34,441 nucleotides of DNA, from the NCBI GenBank assembly GCA_045639305.1, contig JAZUCW010000083.1, positions 1-34,441 of the forward strand, read 5' to 3'. The position numbers were made by a program, and so were the translations under genes. A model generated the notes under the pieces. It was not told the origin of the DNA, searched no databases, and was given only the letters and a program-made list of their open reading frames with translations. Every line of letters begins with the position of its first letter. Positions within the stretch are counted from its first letter, which is position 1. Origin of the DNA: Candidatus Scatosoma sp. GTDB lineage: Bacteria; Bacillota; Clostridia; Christensenellales; Borkfalkiaceae. This document shows, piece by piece, positions 10,365-19,133 of this stretch.

Positions 10365-11543
10365 ATGGCTAGAGGAAAATTTTTACGAAAACTTTTGCCC
10401 TTGGTTTTGGCGGGACTTATGTCCTTCTCTTTTTTCGCCTGCGGCGAAGAAAATACAACCAGCAACAATAGCAGCGAAACGGAAGAAACGAAAATCTTTG
10501 CCGACAGCGCGCAGCTGACGGTGTCGGAATTCTCCGACCCCGTTTCCCTCGTACATCCCGTCGTTTCCGACTATCTCCAAGCCGACCCTTCCGTAACCGT
10601 AGCGGATTTCGCATCGAGAGTTTCGGGAAGACCTGACAAAGGTATGCCCGTAACGATCGAATATTCTTTCACGAACCCCAAGGATGCGGAAATTACGGAA
10701 AAGAAATTAGAGATATCTTCCTTTGCAGATTTCTCTACCATTGAACAAACCCTGCATTTCCCCTCTCGGCGCAACAGTGTGGAGATTGCCCGCTTGCAAC
10801 CCAGCGCTGTTTATTACTATCGCGTTACCGTAACCTTGGACAACGGCGAATTCCACGTAAAGACGAGAGAGTTTAACACGGCGGCTTCCCCGCGTCTCAT
10901 CAGTTTGGACGGCGCGAACAACGTCCGCGATATCGGCGGTTGGAAGACGGAAAGCGGCAAAACGATCAAATACGGACTTTTGTTCCGCGGCAGTGAAATC
11001 GATGGTATGAAATATCCTGGCAATTACGATTTCTGTCTGACTGAAAAAGGCATCGAACAGCTCCGCTCCCTTGGCATTAAGACGGATTTTGACCTCCGCG
11101 TAAAATCGGACGGGAAGGAAGAGAGCGCGTTGGGCGCAGACGTTACCCATACCTTCTATAATTTCGCACATTACCAAGACGTTTTTAAAGAAGCAAACAA
11201 AGAAAAGGTACGTTCTCTCTTCTCCGATCTTGCAAATCCTGAGGCTTATCCCGCCTATATCCATTGTACCCACGGCGTAGACCGCGCAGGTACGGCTTCT
11301 ATGCTTTTGGAAAGCCTTTTGGGGGTAGGGGAAGCCGATCTTATCCGCGATTACGAACTGTCCGCGTTCTATTACACGCACGTAACAAGATCGTACAATA
11401 ACGGTGGCACGGCGCTCGGACTTATCGACGCTCTGAAAGGTTACGAAGGGGAAAACCTTGCCGACAAGACCGCGAACTTCCTGCTTTCCGTAGGCGTTAC
11501 ACAAACGGAAATCGACGCTATCCGCAGTATTTTCTTAGGTTAA
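10365..11543 (+). CDS. Exported lipoprotein with an Fn3/PAP-N-like domain and a PTP-like phosphatase domain, paralogue 2 (tandem duplicate)
   Basis: ATG at 10365 lies 5 nt after GAGGT. The lipobox reads LVLAGLMSFSFFAC and the beta-sandwich motif is SAVYYYRVTVTL. It has an identical P-loop HCTHGVDRAGT (nt 11262..11294). By eye it is roughly 60% identical to paralogue 1 over the C-terminal 230 aa (shared NNVRDxGGW, ESGKTIK, RGSEIDG, DFCLTEKGI, FSDLANP, RDYELSAFYY, IRSIFL). Confidence 0.8.
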   Translation: MARGKFLRKLLPLVLAGLMSFSFFACGEENTTSNNSSETEETKIFADSAQLTVSEFSDPVSLVHPVVSDYLQADPSVTVADFASRVSGRPDKGMPVTIEYSFTNPKDAEITEKKLEISSFADFSTIEQTLHFPSRRNSVEIARLQPSAVYYYRVTVTLDNGEFHVKTREFNTAASPRLISLDGANNVRDIGGWKTESGKTIKYGLLFRGSEIDGMKYPGNYDFCLTEKGIEQLRSLGIKTDFDLRVKSDGKEESALGADVTHTFYNFAHYQDVFKEANKEKVRSLFSDLANPEAYPAYIHCTHGVDRAGTASMLLESLLGVGEADLIRDYELSAFYYTHVTRSYNNGGTALGLIDALKGYEGENLADKTANFLLSVGVTQTEIDAIRSIFLG

Positions 11544-11556
11544 AGCAATCCATTAA

Positions 11557-11587
11557 CCCCGACCGATTTTGGTCGGGGTATCTTTTT
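11557..11587 (+). terminator. Rho-independent terminator after paralogue 2
   Basis: CCCCGACC-GATTTT-GGTCGGGG followed by TATCTTTTTG. Confidence 0.85.
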
Positions 11588-11629
11588 GTAAAACGCTAAA
11601 ATAATTTTCACAACTATTGCGCAAAACTA

Positions 11630-11658
11630 TTGACGAATGGAAAAAATTATGCTAAAAT
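11630..11658 (+). promoter_or_regulatory. Sigma-A promoter for gap (TTGACG-17-TAAAAT, TG-extended)
   Basis: TTGACG at 11630..11635, a 17-nt spacer ending in TGC, and TAAAAT at 11653..11658. This leaves a leader of about 80 nt before the ATG at 11745. Confidence 0.65.
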
Positions 11659-11744
11659 ATTATTTGGACAAGAACGGGTTAGATGAAAATCCGTTTATTC
11701 ATACGTCACAAAAATAATTTTTCATATATTGGAGGAACTCTATT

Positions 11745-12764
11745 ATGGCAAACGTAAAAGTTGCAATCAACGGTTTCGGCCGTATCGGTCGTCTTGCGTT
11801 CAGACAGATGTTCGACGCAGAAGGTTATGAAGTAGTTGCTATCAACGACCTTACCAGCCCCTCGATGCTCGCACACCTTTTGAAGTATGACACTGCGCAA
11901 GGCAGATACAAATACTGCGATAAGGTTACCGCTGACGACGAAGCAGGTACGATCACCGTTAACGGCAAGACCATTAAAATCTATGCTGAAAAAGACGCTG
12001 CAAACTGCCCTTGGGCTCAGTATGACGTTGACGTAGTTTTGGAATGCACCGGTTTCTACTGCTCCAAAGCAAAGAGCGAAGCGCACATCAAAGCAGGCGC
12101 TAAGAAAGTTGTTATCTCTGCTCCCGCAGGCAACGACCTTCCCACGATCGTTTACAGCGTAAACGAAAAGACGCTTACGAAGAACGACACGATCATCTCC
12201 GCAGCTTCCTGCACCACGAACTGCCTTGCTCCTATGGCAAACACCCTCAACAAGCTTTCCAAGATTAAGAAGGGTTATATGACCACGATCCACGCTTACA
12301 CCGGCGACCAGATGGTTCTTGACGGACCTCACAGAAAAGGCGACCTTCGTCGTGCTCGTGCGGCTGCTGCTAACATCGTTCCCAACTCCACGGGTGCAGC
12401 AAAAGCTATCGGTCTTGTTATTCCCGAACTCAACGGCATTCTTGACGGTTGCGCACAACGCGTTCCCGTTCCCACCGGTTCGCTTACCCAGCTCGTTGCA
12501 ATCTGCGACGGCGAAGTAGACCCAGCTACCGTAAACAAGGCTATGCAGAACGCAGCTTCCGCATCCTTCGGTTACACGGAAGAAGAACTCGTTTCCTCCG
12601 ACATCATCGGTATCACCTATGGTTCGTTGTTCGACGCTACGCAAACGAAGTGCATGCCCATGGGCGACGGCACGACGCTCGTTAAAGTCGTTTCCTGGTA
12701 CGACAACGAAAACTCCTACACCAGCCAGATGGTTAGAACGATTAAGTACTTCGCAGAACTTTAA
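11745..12764 (+). CDS. gap: Type I glyceraldehyde-3-phosphate dehydrogenase
   Basis: 339 aa. [20 protein letters not shown] is the NAD-binding GxGxxG region and [12 protein letters not shown] contains the catalytic Cys. WYDNENSY lies near the C-terminus. GGAGG RBS. Confidence 0.96.
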   Translation: MANVKVAINGFGRIGRLAFRQMFDAEGYEVVAINDLTSPSMLAHLLKYDTAQGRYKYCDKVTADDEAGTITVNGKTIKIYAEKDAANCPWAQYDVDVVLECTGFYCSKAKSEAHIKAGAKKVVISAPAGNDLPTIVYSVNEKTLTKNDTIISAASCTTNCLAPMANTLNKLSKIKKGYMTTIHAYTGDQMVLDGPHRKGDLRRARAAAANIVPNSTGAAKAIGLVIPELNGILDGCAQRVPVPTGSLTQLVAICDGEVDPATVNKAMQNAASASFGYTEEELVSSDIIGITYGSLFDATQTKCMPMGDGTTLVKVVSWYDNENSYTSQMVRTIKYFAEL

Positions 12765-12799
12765 TCGTATCGGGGTTTGAAGAAAACCGAAAAAACGAA

Positions 12800-12829
12800 C
12801 TCCGACGGACACCCGTCGGAGGTTTTTTA
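12800..12829 (+). terminator. Rho-independent terminator after gap
   Basis: CTCCGACGG-ACAC-CCGTCGGAG followed by GTTTTTTATT. Confidence 0.85.
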
Positions 12830-12844
12830 TTGTTGCAATAGAAT

Positions 12845-12888
12845 AAAAGCAGAGCGGCTTTGAAATTGGCGGCTCTGCTTTGTTTTTT
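12845..12888. terminator. Second, bidirectional terminator hairpin between gap and the convergent metallopeptidase operon
   Basis: GCAGAGCGGC...GCGGCTCTGC (7 bp, one mismatch, then 2 bp), with AAAA upstream and TTTGTTTTTT downstream. Confidence 0.7.
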
Positions 12889-12895
12889 AATTCAA

Positions 12896-12913
12896 CTCGT
12901 ACACGGTAGCCCC
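12896..12913 (+). repeat. Dispersed intergenic motif copy a (CTCGTACACGGTAGCCCC)
   Basis: A 16-nt exact match to copy d1 at 29503..29518. It lies 2 nt beyond the stop codon of the minus-strand peptidase gene. See the findings section. Confidence 0.6.
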
Positions 12914-12915
12914 GT

Positions 12916-13656
12916 TTAACGGCGACGGCTGCGAATGCCGCCGAATAATATCAACACCCAAAGGAAAAATCGCAAGAATAAAATCAACGAAGTCAAAAGG
13001 GAAGCCACGTAGGTTTGTGCTGCCGCCGACAGCATTTTTTCCGCGTACGGCAACTCCTCTTTCGTCAAAATCCCCTCGGAGACAAGCAGCTTTTTCGCCC
13101 GACGGCTTGCGTTGTATTCAACGGGCAGAGTAACCAAAACGAACAGCGTGGAAAGCCCGTACAAAGCCACCCCGCCGAGCGCAAGATAAAATCCCACGTT
13201 CGAATTTTGCGTTGCCGTTACGAACAAATCAAGGATTAGTCCCACGAGGACGAGAGGGAGCGCCAACGCACTGCCGACGTTCGTAATCCCCACGAGGACT
13301 TGACGGAGCTGATAGGGCGCATAGCCCTTTTTCTTTTGCAACACGTGCCCGACCTCGTGCGCCGCCACCGCGCAAGCGGCAATCGAATCGTTGCCGTACA
13401 CGCTTTCAGAAAGATTGACGATTTTCTTCTTGGGGTGATAATGGTCGCTCAAATGCCCCTTAACTTTTCCAACGCGGATACCCTGAATCCCGCCCGCGCG
13501 CAACAGCCGTTTTGCCGTATCGTATCCCGTCATGTGCGAGCTTGTCGGCATACTTCCGTATTTTTTATAGGCAGAGTGGACCCTGCCGCTTGCCCACGCC
13601 GCGATTGCGCCGCAAAGCACCATCGCCGCCAAAGACAGTACGTAATATTCTAACAT
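12916..13656 (-). CDS. Membrane-associated zinc metallopeptidase, YugP-like (Zn_peptidase_2 family)
   Basis: 246 aa. It has an N-terminal TM helix, then YKKYGSMPTSSHMTGYDTAKRLL...LSDHYHPKKKIVNLSESVY...AAHEVGHVLQ (HExxH motif), followed by two C-terminal TM helices. An AAGGAGAG RBS sits 32 nt after the rsmI stop, so it is probably co-transcribed with rsmI. Confidence 0.8.
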   Translation of the reverse strand: MLEYYVLSLAAMVLCGAIAAWASGRVHSAYKKYGSMPTSSHMTGYDTAKRLLRAGGIQGIRVGKVKGHLSDHYHPKKKIVNLSESVYGNDSIAACAVAAHEVGHVLQKKKGYAPYQLRQVLVGITNVGSALALPLVLVGLILDLFVTATQNSNVGFYLALGGVALYGLSTLFVLVTLPVEYNASRRAKKLLVSEGILTKEELPYAEKMLSAAAQTYVASLLTSLILFLRFFLWVLILFGGIRSRRR

Positions 13657-13688
13657 AATTCTCTCCTTTTTTATAGTTTGCGTTATTT

Positions 13689-14492
13689 TTACAAATCTAT
13701 CGCAAAGGGATATAATTCCGATTTGGAAACGCCGCGGTCTTTCGCCGCGCGCTTTAACGCTTCCTTTTTCTCTAACCCTGCCGCCATATAATGCTGAATA
13801 TGCTCTTTTTCCGACAACGCGTTTAAGGGACTTTCCTTCTCCTGCGCCCCATCGACGACGAGTACGTATTCTCCCCGTTTTTCCCCGTCCAAGCCCGTTG
13901 CCAAACGGAAGGGGGTTGCCTCTTCATGCAGCTTGGTTATTTCACGCACCGCACAAGCCGCTCTGTCGCCGAACACCTCGTACATCGCCTTCACGTCCTT
14001 ATCCACGTCCTGCGGCGCGCTGTGGAACGCCAAAGTCAAATCACAGTCTTTATATTTTTCCAAAACCGCCTTTTTCTCTCCGTTCTTTTCGGGCAAAAAC
14101 CCGATGAACGCAAACCTGCCTGCGGGTAACGCCGACAAAACGAGGGCAGCCACGAACGCGCAAGCCCCGGGAATCAGCGTGTACGGCTCGTTGTTTTCCC
14201 GTAAAATTTTACAAACGGTGTTGCCAGGGTCGGACACGACGGGCGTACCTGCGTCGGACACGACGACGACCTTTTCCCCACGCCGAGAGGCGGCGAGAAT
14301 TTTCTCCGCCGCTTCCGTTTCGTTAAATTTATGACAGGCGTATAAAGGCTTTTTAATCTCGTACGCGTTTAACAGTTTTATCGTATGCCGCGTATCCTCG
14401 CAAAAGACCACGTCCGCCTCTTTCAAAGTTTCCAACGCCCGTAACGTAATGTCCTTTAAGTTGCCTATCGGCGTCGCCACAAAACTTACCAT
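13689..14492 (-). CDS. rsmI: 16S rRNA (cytidine1402-2'-O)-methyltransferase
   Basis: MVSFVATPIGNLKDITLRALETLKEADVVFCEDTRHTIKLL is the canonical RsmI N-terminus. The start is set to ATG 14492 (AAGGAG upstream), which removes the overlap with the upstream gene that ends at 14503. Confidence 0.9.
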   Translation of the reverse strand: MVSFVATPIGNLKDITLRALETLKEADVVFCEDTRHTIKLLNAYEIKKPLYACHKFNETEAAEKILAASRRGEKVVVVSDAGTPVVSDPGNTVCKILRENNEPYTLIPGACAFVAALVLSALPAGRFAFIGFLPEKNGEKKAVLEKYKDCDLTLAFHSAPQDVDKDVKAMYEVFGDRAACAVREITKLHEEATPFRLATGLDGEKRGEYVLVVDGAQEKESPLNALSEKEHIQHYMAAGLEKKEALKRAAKDRGVSKSELYPFAIDL

Positions 14493-14502
14493 GCCTTTCT
14501 CC

Positions 14503-15195
14503 TTATTTTTCGTTGTAGACCGTTTCTTCGATTTCACAATGCGGCTTGCCGCCTTTTACGCCCTCTACCATCACCAAATAGGGCTTCGACCCGTACCTGC
14601 CCCCCACGAATTGAATTCTCTTTACCTCGATATTCTCTTCGTGCAGGGTATAGCACACCTCGGCAAGCCTATCGCCGCGGTGCAGCATCGCGATCCGTCC
14701 GCCGTACTTTAACGCGTACGCCGCCGCGCGCGCGATTTCTTTTAAGGTAATCGTCAGCTCCTTCCTACATATCGCCTTGTGGTATTCGTCGTTGTCAAAC
14801 CCACCCCGCTCGTAAGGGGGATTGCATAAAATTAACGAGTATTTCTCGTGGTGTTCTTTTCCGATTTCCTGCAGTTTGCCTTGCACGAACGAAAAATTTT
14901 GAAAATCGTTATACGCCGCCGTCTTTTTCGACAAAGCGGACAATTCCGCTTGCAATTCGAACAAAGTACAAGGCATATCGGGATATTTTTCACGGTGCAA
15001 GCTGTAAAAATGGAAACCTACAATCCCGCTTCCCGCACAAAAATCCGCCACGACGTCTCCCTTTTTAGGGCGCGCAAAACGGGAAAGCAACACCGAATCG
15101 GAAGTAAAACGATACAATCTCGTATCCTGCACGATTTTGAGATCGTTTATCATCATATCCTCTAATACTTCGTACTCACCAAGCTCCATTTGCAT
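14503..15195 (-). CDS. Class I SAM-dependent N6-adenine methyltransferase, YabB/TrmN6 (COG4123)-like
   Basis: 230 aa. It has a SAM-binding block VADFCAGSGIVG and the NPPY catalytic motif (LILCNPPYERGG). It sits immediately upstream of rsmI, as yabB does relative to yabC in B. subtilis. Confidence 0.7.
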   Translation of the reverse strand: MQMELGEYEVLEDMMINDLKIVQDTRLYRFTSDSVLLSRFARPKKGDVVADFCAGSGIVGFHFYSLHREKYPDMPCTLFELQAELSALSKKTAAYNDFQNFSFVQGKLQEIGKEHHEKYSLILCNPPYERGGFDNDEYHKAICRKELTITLKEIARAAAYALKYGGRIAMLHRGDRLAEVCYTLHEENIEVKRIQFVGGRYGSKPYLVMVEGVKGGKPHCEIEETVYNEK

Positions 15196-15221
15196 AGTCC
15201 GCTCCTAACAGTTCTCTTTAC

Positions 15222-15250
15222 AGTATAACAATTTTATACGCAAATGTCAA
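15222..15250 (-). promoter_or_regulatory. Sigma-A promoter for the yabB-like/rsmI/peptidase operon (TTGACA-17-TATACT, TG-extended)
   Basis: The reverse strand reads TTGACA-TTTGCGTATAAAATTGT-TATACT, about 27 nt upstream of the ATG at 15195. Confidence 0.7.
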
Positions 15251-15302
15251 GCCCTGCCGTGAAATACGCATACTTTTCCCTTTTTTCACACAATCTGTTT
15301 GC

Positions 15303-16769
15303 GTGAATACGCCAACTTTGTCCTTAACGGAAAACGTAAAAGAAATAAAAAAACTACTCCCCGCGGAAGATATTCTGACCTTCGATTTTACGATGCAGGA
15401 TAAAACCGCCTGCGCCATCGTCTACGCCGACGGCGTCGTCAATAAAGAGGCGCTGGGCGATTTGGTCGCGCGCCCTTTGTCCAAGGTCGCTTTTTCAAAA
15501 AACGAAGGGGGCAGGGACGAGGCGAAAGAGGATTTTATCAAAAATTCGCTGCGCTTTCCCGAACTGAAAACCGCCCCGAATTTTGAAGACGCCGTCAAAG
15601 AAATTTTAGACGGGAACAGCGCGCTTTTTATCGACGGAATAAAAACCGTCTTTATCGTCGGCGCAAAAATGCCCCCGACGCGTGCCGTCATCGAACCGCC
15701 CACCGACGTTGCCATCAAGGGTCCAAGAGAGGGATTTATCGAAGATATCAAAATCAACATGGGACTTTTGCGCAAACGCCTCAAAACCCCCAATTTGCGT
15801 TTTGAAACGGTGCGCGTCGGCAAACAGTCGGACACCGCCGTTAGCATTTGCTATCTTGACGGCGTTGCCGATAACGCTTTAAAGGACGAAATCGTAAAGA
15901 AAGTGCAATCCTTGCAGATTGACAACGTCGCCGACTCGTCTTATATCGCCGCCTTGATATCCCCAAGAAAACACTCTCTTTTCCATACCCTCGGTACGAC
16001 GGAAAAACCAGACGTCTTTGCCGCAAAACTCAGCGAGGGCAGAGTGGGAATTTTGGTAGACGGATCGCCCATCGCCCTTACCGCACCGTACCTTCTGACG
16101 GAAGATTTGCAAAGCACCGAGGACTATTTCGTATCGCCGTTTGCGGCGACTGGTTTTCGGTTTTTACGCGCGCTTGCCTTGATCGTCGCCATCTTTTTGC
16201 CTGCATTTTATATCTCGGCGCAGCTTTTTAAAATGCAGCTTTTCCCGCTCGGCTTAACGCTGACCATCGCTAGCAGCGTGCGCGAATTGCCCTTATCGCC
16301 TAGCTTAGAAATGTTTGTCGTACTGCTCCTTCTCGAAATTTTAAAAGAGGCGAGTATCCGTATGCCCAAATACGTGGGCATGTCTTTATCTGTCGTCGGG
16401 GCTCTCGTTCTCGGCGAAACGGCGGTATCGGCAGGGTTTTTGTCTACGCCCGCTATCATCATCGTCGCTTTTTCGGGGATTTGTCTGTACACCGTCCCCA
16501 ATTTTGTGGAAACGGGGAGTCTTCTGCGCTGGTTGTTTTTAATCGTCGCGGGCAGCGTCGGGCCGTTCGGCATTGTGCTTTTTACCGCCTTTTTGCTATA
16601 TTATCTTTTATCTGCAGACGTTTTTGGCACACCCATTCTCGCGCCGTTTTCCCCCTTGCTGCCTCGGGATTTGCGCGATTCCGTTTTAAAATACGATATG
16701 CGCGCCTTATCCAAGCGTCCCCGTTTTTTACGCCCGAAAAATAAGACCCGTCTTAAAGAAAAAGATTAA
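15303..16769 (+). CDS. Spore germinant receptor subunit A (GerA/GerK family)
   Basis: 488 aa. It combines a soluble N-terminal half (LTENVKEIKKLL...DFTMQDKTACAIVYADGVVNKEAL...) with a C-terminal bundle of 4-5 TM helices, as in GerAA. The GTG start has no visible SD, so the start position is uncertain. Confidence 0.85.
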   Translation: MNTPTLSLTENVKEIKKLLPAEDILTFDFTMQDKTACAIVYADGVVNKEALGDLVARPLSKVAFSKNEGGRDEAKEDFIKNSLRFPELKTAPNFEDAVKEILDGNSALFIDGIKTVFIVGAKMPPTRAVIEPPTDVAIKGPREGFIEDIKINMGLLRKRLKTPNLRFETVRVGKQSDTAVSICYLDGVADNALKDEIVKKVQSLQIDNVADSSYIAALISPRKHSLFHTLGTTEKPDVFAAKLSEGRVGILVDGSPIALTAPYLLTEDLQSTEDYFVSPFAATGFRFLRALALIVAIFLPAFYISAQLFKMQLFPLGLTLTIASSVRELPLSPSLEMFVVLLLLEILKEASIRMPKYVGMSLSVVGALVLGETAVSAGFLSTPAIIIVAFSGICLYTVPNFVETGSLLRWLFLIVAGSVGPFGIVLFTAFLLYYLLSADVFGTPILAPFSPLLPRDLRDSVLKYDMRALSKRPRFLRPKNKTRLKEKD

Positions 16770-16774
16770 ACGAT

Positions 16775-16800
16775 GCCACCATGTACGAGATGAAATGAAA
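16775..16800 (-). repeat. Dispersed intergenic motif copy b (reverse strand: TTTCATTTCATCTCGTACATGGTGGC)
   Basis: Lies in the 48-nt spacer between the germinant receptor A and B genes, in inverted orientation relative to them. Confidence 0.55.
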
Positions 16801-16817
16801 AATATAGGAGAAACGCT

Positions 16818-17930
16818 ATGTCCTCGATTTTTGCATCCACCCCAAAAAACGAACGGGTTTATACCCGACAGCTTGCTTTCATCGCCGCCTTCTTACTGCC
16901 GATGGGCAAGCTTTTAGAAGCGCCGTCCATTTTGGCGCGCTCTGCCGCAGGCGATCTGCTTTTGCCTGCCATTTTACACTTTTTATTGCAGAGCCTTATT
17001 CTGCTTGGCGTATTGTTCGCCTGCTCGCAAAGCGAACAAACCCTGCTCGAACGCATGGAAAACAAGCTAGGGAAAGGGATTCTCGTTTTCTACGTGCTTT
17101 ACGGCGTTTATTTTCTCTTTGCGGCAGCTTTACCCCTGCTGGACATGGAAAAATTTGTGTACGCAGCCTTTTTCGACACCGCGCCCAGCACCTTTTCCTT
17201 CGCCGTCTTTTTCTTTTTCAGCGCCTACGCCTGCGCAAAGAATTTTAAATCGGTAGGGCGGAGCGGGGATATCAGCTTATTTCTGTTTTTGCTGCCCTTT
17301 TTCGCCCTCGTCTTAATGTCGTTCTCCGCCTCTGATTTTTCTTCGCTGTTGCCGTTGTTTGGAACAGATTTTAAACAAAGCCTCACCGCTTTTTCCGATT
17401 CGACCCCTTATTTTTCGGACGTCGCTTTGCTGTTGCCCCTTCTTGCCAGCCACCGCTACAAGAAAAACGACGGCGTGAAAATTGCCGCGGGGTATTGGTC
17501 GGGCGCGGCGTTTACCTTGCTCTTTCTCTCTATTTTTTACGGAGTCTATTCTTCGATTGCCGCAAGAGAGCATTACGCCTTTTCCAAAATCGCGCAGTAT
17601 TTCCCCGCCCTCAACGTGATTGGACGGATCGATTTGCTGTTCGTCTACCTTTTGACGATTATTTTGCTCTTTTATACCGTACTTCCCCTGCAGCATTTTA
17701 CCGAGCTCACCGCCCGAATTCTAAACACGAAGCGAAAAGCTCTTATCTCCGCTATTTTAAACTTTGCCCTGCTGTTTGTCGTGCTGTTCCTCAATCGTTT
17801 TTACAATCTTTTTCATACGCTAATCGAAGGGAAGCTGTCCCTTGTTTTTTGGCTCTTTGCAGATTTGCTGCCCTTATTTTTATTATTCTTGCCGAAAAAA
17901 CCGCAAGAAAGGAGACCTTTGTATGCATAA
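16818..17930 (+). CDS. Spore germinant receptor subunit B (GerAB-like, APC-transporter fold)
   Basis: 370 aa with about 10 predicted TM segments. It sits in the middle of an A-B-C operon. GGAG RBS at 16806..16810. Confidence 0.8.
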   Translation: MSSIFASTPKNERVYTRQLAFIAAFLLPMGKLLEAPSILARSAAGDLLLPAILHFLLQSLILLGVLFACSQSEQTLLERMENKLGKGILVFYVLYGVYFLFAAALPLLDMEKFVYAAFFDTAPSTFSFAVFFFFSAYACAKNFKSVGRSGDISLFLFLLPFFALVLMSFSASDFSSLLPLFGTDFKQSLTAFSDSTPYFSDVALLLPLLASHRYKKNDGVKIAAGYWSGAAFTLLFLSIFYGVYSSIAAREHYAFSKIAQYFPALNVIGRIDLLFVYLLTIILLFYTVLPLQHFTELTARILNTKRKALISAILNFALLFVVLFLNRFYNLFHTLIEGKLSLVFWLFADLLPLFLLFLPKKPQERRPLYA

Positions 17931-19128
17931 CCGCCACGCCAGAAACACCGTTCGCTATTACGTCCTTATCGCTGCCCTGCTTTCCTTTTTATTCTTCACC
18001 AACGATTTCGGTTTGATTGACGTACAGAAAACCGCCATCGTCATGGCGGCAGGCATCGATAGAGAGGGGGACGAGTTTATCATCACCTCGCAAATTGCCG
18101 TACCTCAAGCAAGCTCGCAAGGCAAGTCTACGCAAGCGGTACAAATCGTCAGCCGCGGCAAAACGGTCGCCGACGCCTTTGAAGAAATCAACGCCAAAAC
18201 GGGCTGGTATCCAAAACTCGTCTTTTGCGACCTGATTCTAATCGGCGCAGACGCTGCAAAAGAAAACGTCTTTGACGCGCTCGATTATTTTTTGCGCGAC
18301 GAATACCTCACCGACAACTGTTACGTCGCGACCTGCGCGGAAAAAGCGCAAACCCTTTTAAACACCGCCGCCCTCGTCGACCCGTCCAGCAGCGTAGCGA
18401 TGACGAAGGTGCTTTCCGACCACGCCGCACGGGTAGGCACGGTTGCACCCTCGACCTTGCGCGAGTTCGCCATCGGCTATTACGGGGACGCAAAGAGCGG
18501 ATTTTTGCCCGTGATAAAGCTGGAAGAGCAACAAGAAACCCCCGATCCGTCGCAAACGACAGCGCAAGGCGGGGGGCAAGAAAATCAGCAGGGCGGTCAA
18601 GGCGAACAAGAAAAGAACAAACCCGTATTCAGCGCGCAGGAAACGGCGCTGTTCGTGGGCGGAAAACAAGTGGAAACGTTGACGGCAGAAGAAACTTTTG
18701 CTTATAACGCCGTGAAAAACCGCCTGCAATTGGCTCCGTATACCGTGCAGAAAGAGAAAAACAACTGCACCCTTTCCATTCGGCAAAACGCCCCGAAAAT
18801 CAAATTGCAGGTAGGGCGGGACGGCAAAGCAAATTTGGAAATCAAGGTAACGCTGACAGCGGGCATTTTGGATTATTCGAAAGCCCTGCCCGTGGAAAAG
18901 ACGTCGGACGGCGGCGACGTGCCCGCAGGCGTATTTTCCGCCGCGGAAAAGAAACTATCCGGCGAAATTTCTTCCGTCTTTGAAAAAGCCCGCGCCTGCG
19001 GCTGCGATCTCTTCGGCGTACAAGACCTGTTGATAAAAAAAGAAAGCCGAACGTTGCACCGCTTTAAAAATACGCTGCTTTCCCATACCACCCCCACGGT
19101 AAAAATCCGCTTCCAAGGCGTTCGCTAA
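17923..19128 (+). CDS. Spore germinant receptor subunit C (Ger(x)C family), apparently without a lipobox cysteine
   Basis: ATG at 17923 follows AAGGAG and overlaps the gerB stop by 8 nt. Translation shows KTAIVMAAGIDREGDEFIITSQIAVP..., the typical start of the mature GerxC domain. The N-terminal hydrophobic segment YYVLIAALLSFLFFTNDFG contains no Cys. Confidence 0.8.
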   Translation: MHNRHARNTVRYYVLIAALLSFLFFTNDFGLIDVQKTAIVMAAGIDREGDEFIITSQIAVPQASSQGKSTQAVQIVSRGKTVADAFEEINAKTGWYPKLVFCDLILIGADAAKENVFDALDYFLRDEYLTDNCYVATCAEKAQTLLNTAALVDPSSSVAMTKVLSDHAARVGTVAPSTLREFAIGYYGDAKSGFLPVIKLEEQQETPDPSQTTAQGGGQENQQGGQGEQEKNKPVFSAQETALFVGGKQVETLTAEETFAYNAVKNRLQLAPYTVQKEKNNCTLSIRQNAPKIKLQVGRDGKANLEIKVTLTAGILDYSKALPVEKTSDGGDVPAGVFSAAEKKLSGEISSVFEKARACGCDLFGVQDLLIKKESRTLHRFKNTLLSHTTPTVKIRFQGVR

Positions 19129-19133
19129 GCGGC

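Noticed and set aside
9288-11504. Minus-strand ORFs 9288..9944 (218 aa) and 10707..11504 (265 aa) inside the two phosphatase genes
   Set aside because: They are shadow ORFs of the plus-strand lipoprotein genes, which have promoters, RBSs, lipoboxes, a CX5R P-loop and terminators.
11706-12812. 368-aa ORF on the minus strand covering the whole gap locus
   Set aside because: It is exactly antisense to a GAPDH gene with unmistakable motifs. The translation is low-complexity (V/G/R/C/F-rich) with no recognisable motifs and no RBS. This is a typical shadow ORF.
15251-15302. Attempt to assign a forespore sigma-G/sigma-F promoter upstream of the germinant receptor operon
   Set aside because: GCATA and CATACT-like elements are present, but their spacing does not fit the -35/-10 geometry I know for sigma-G. 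I could not support a call.
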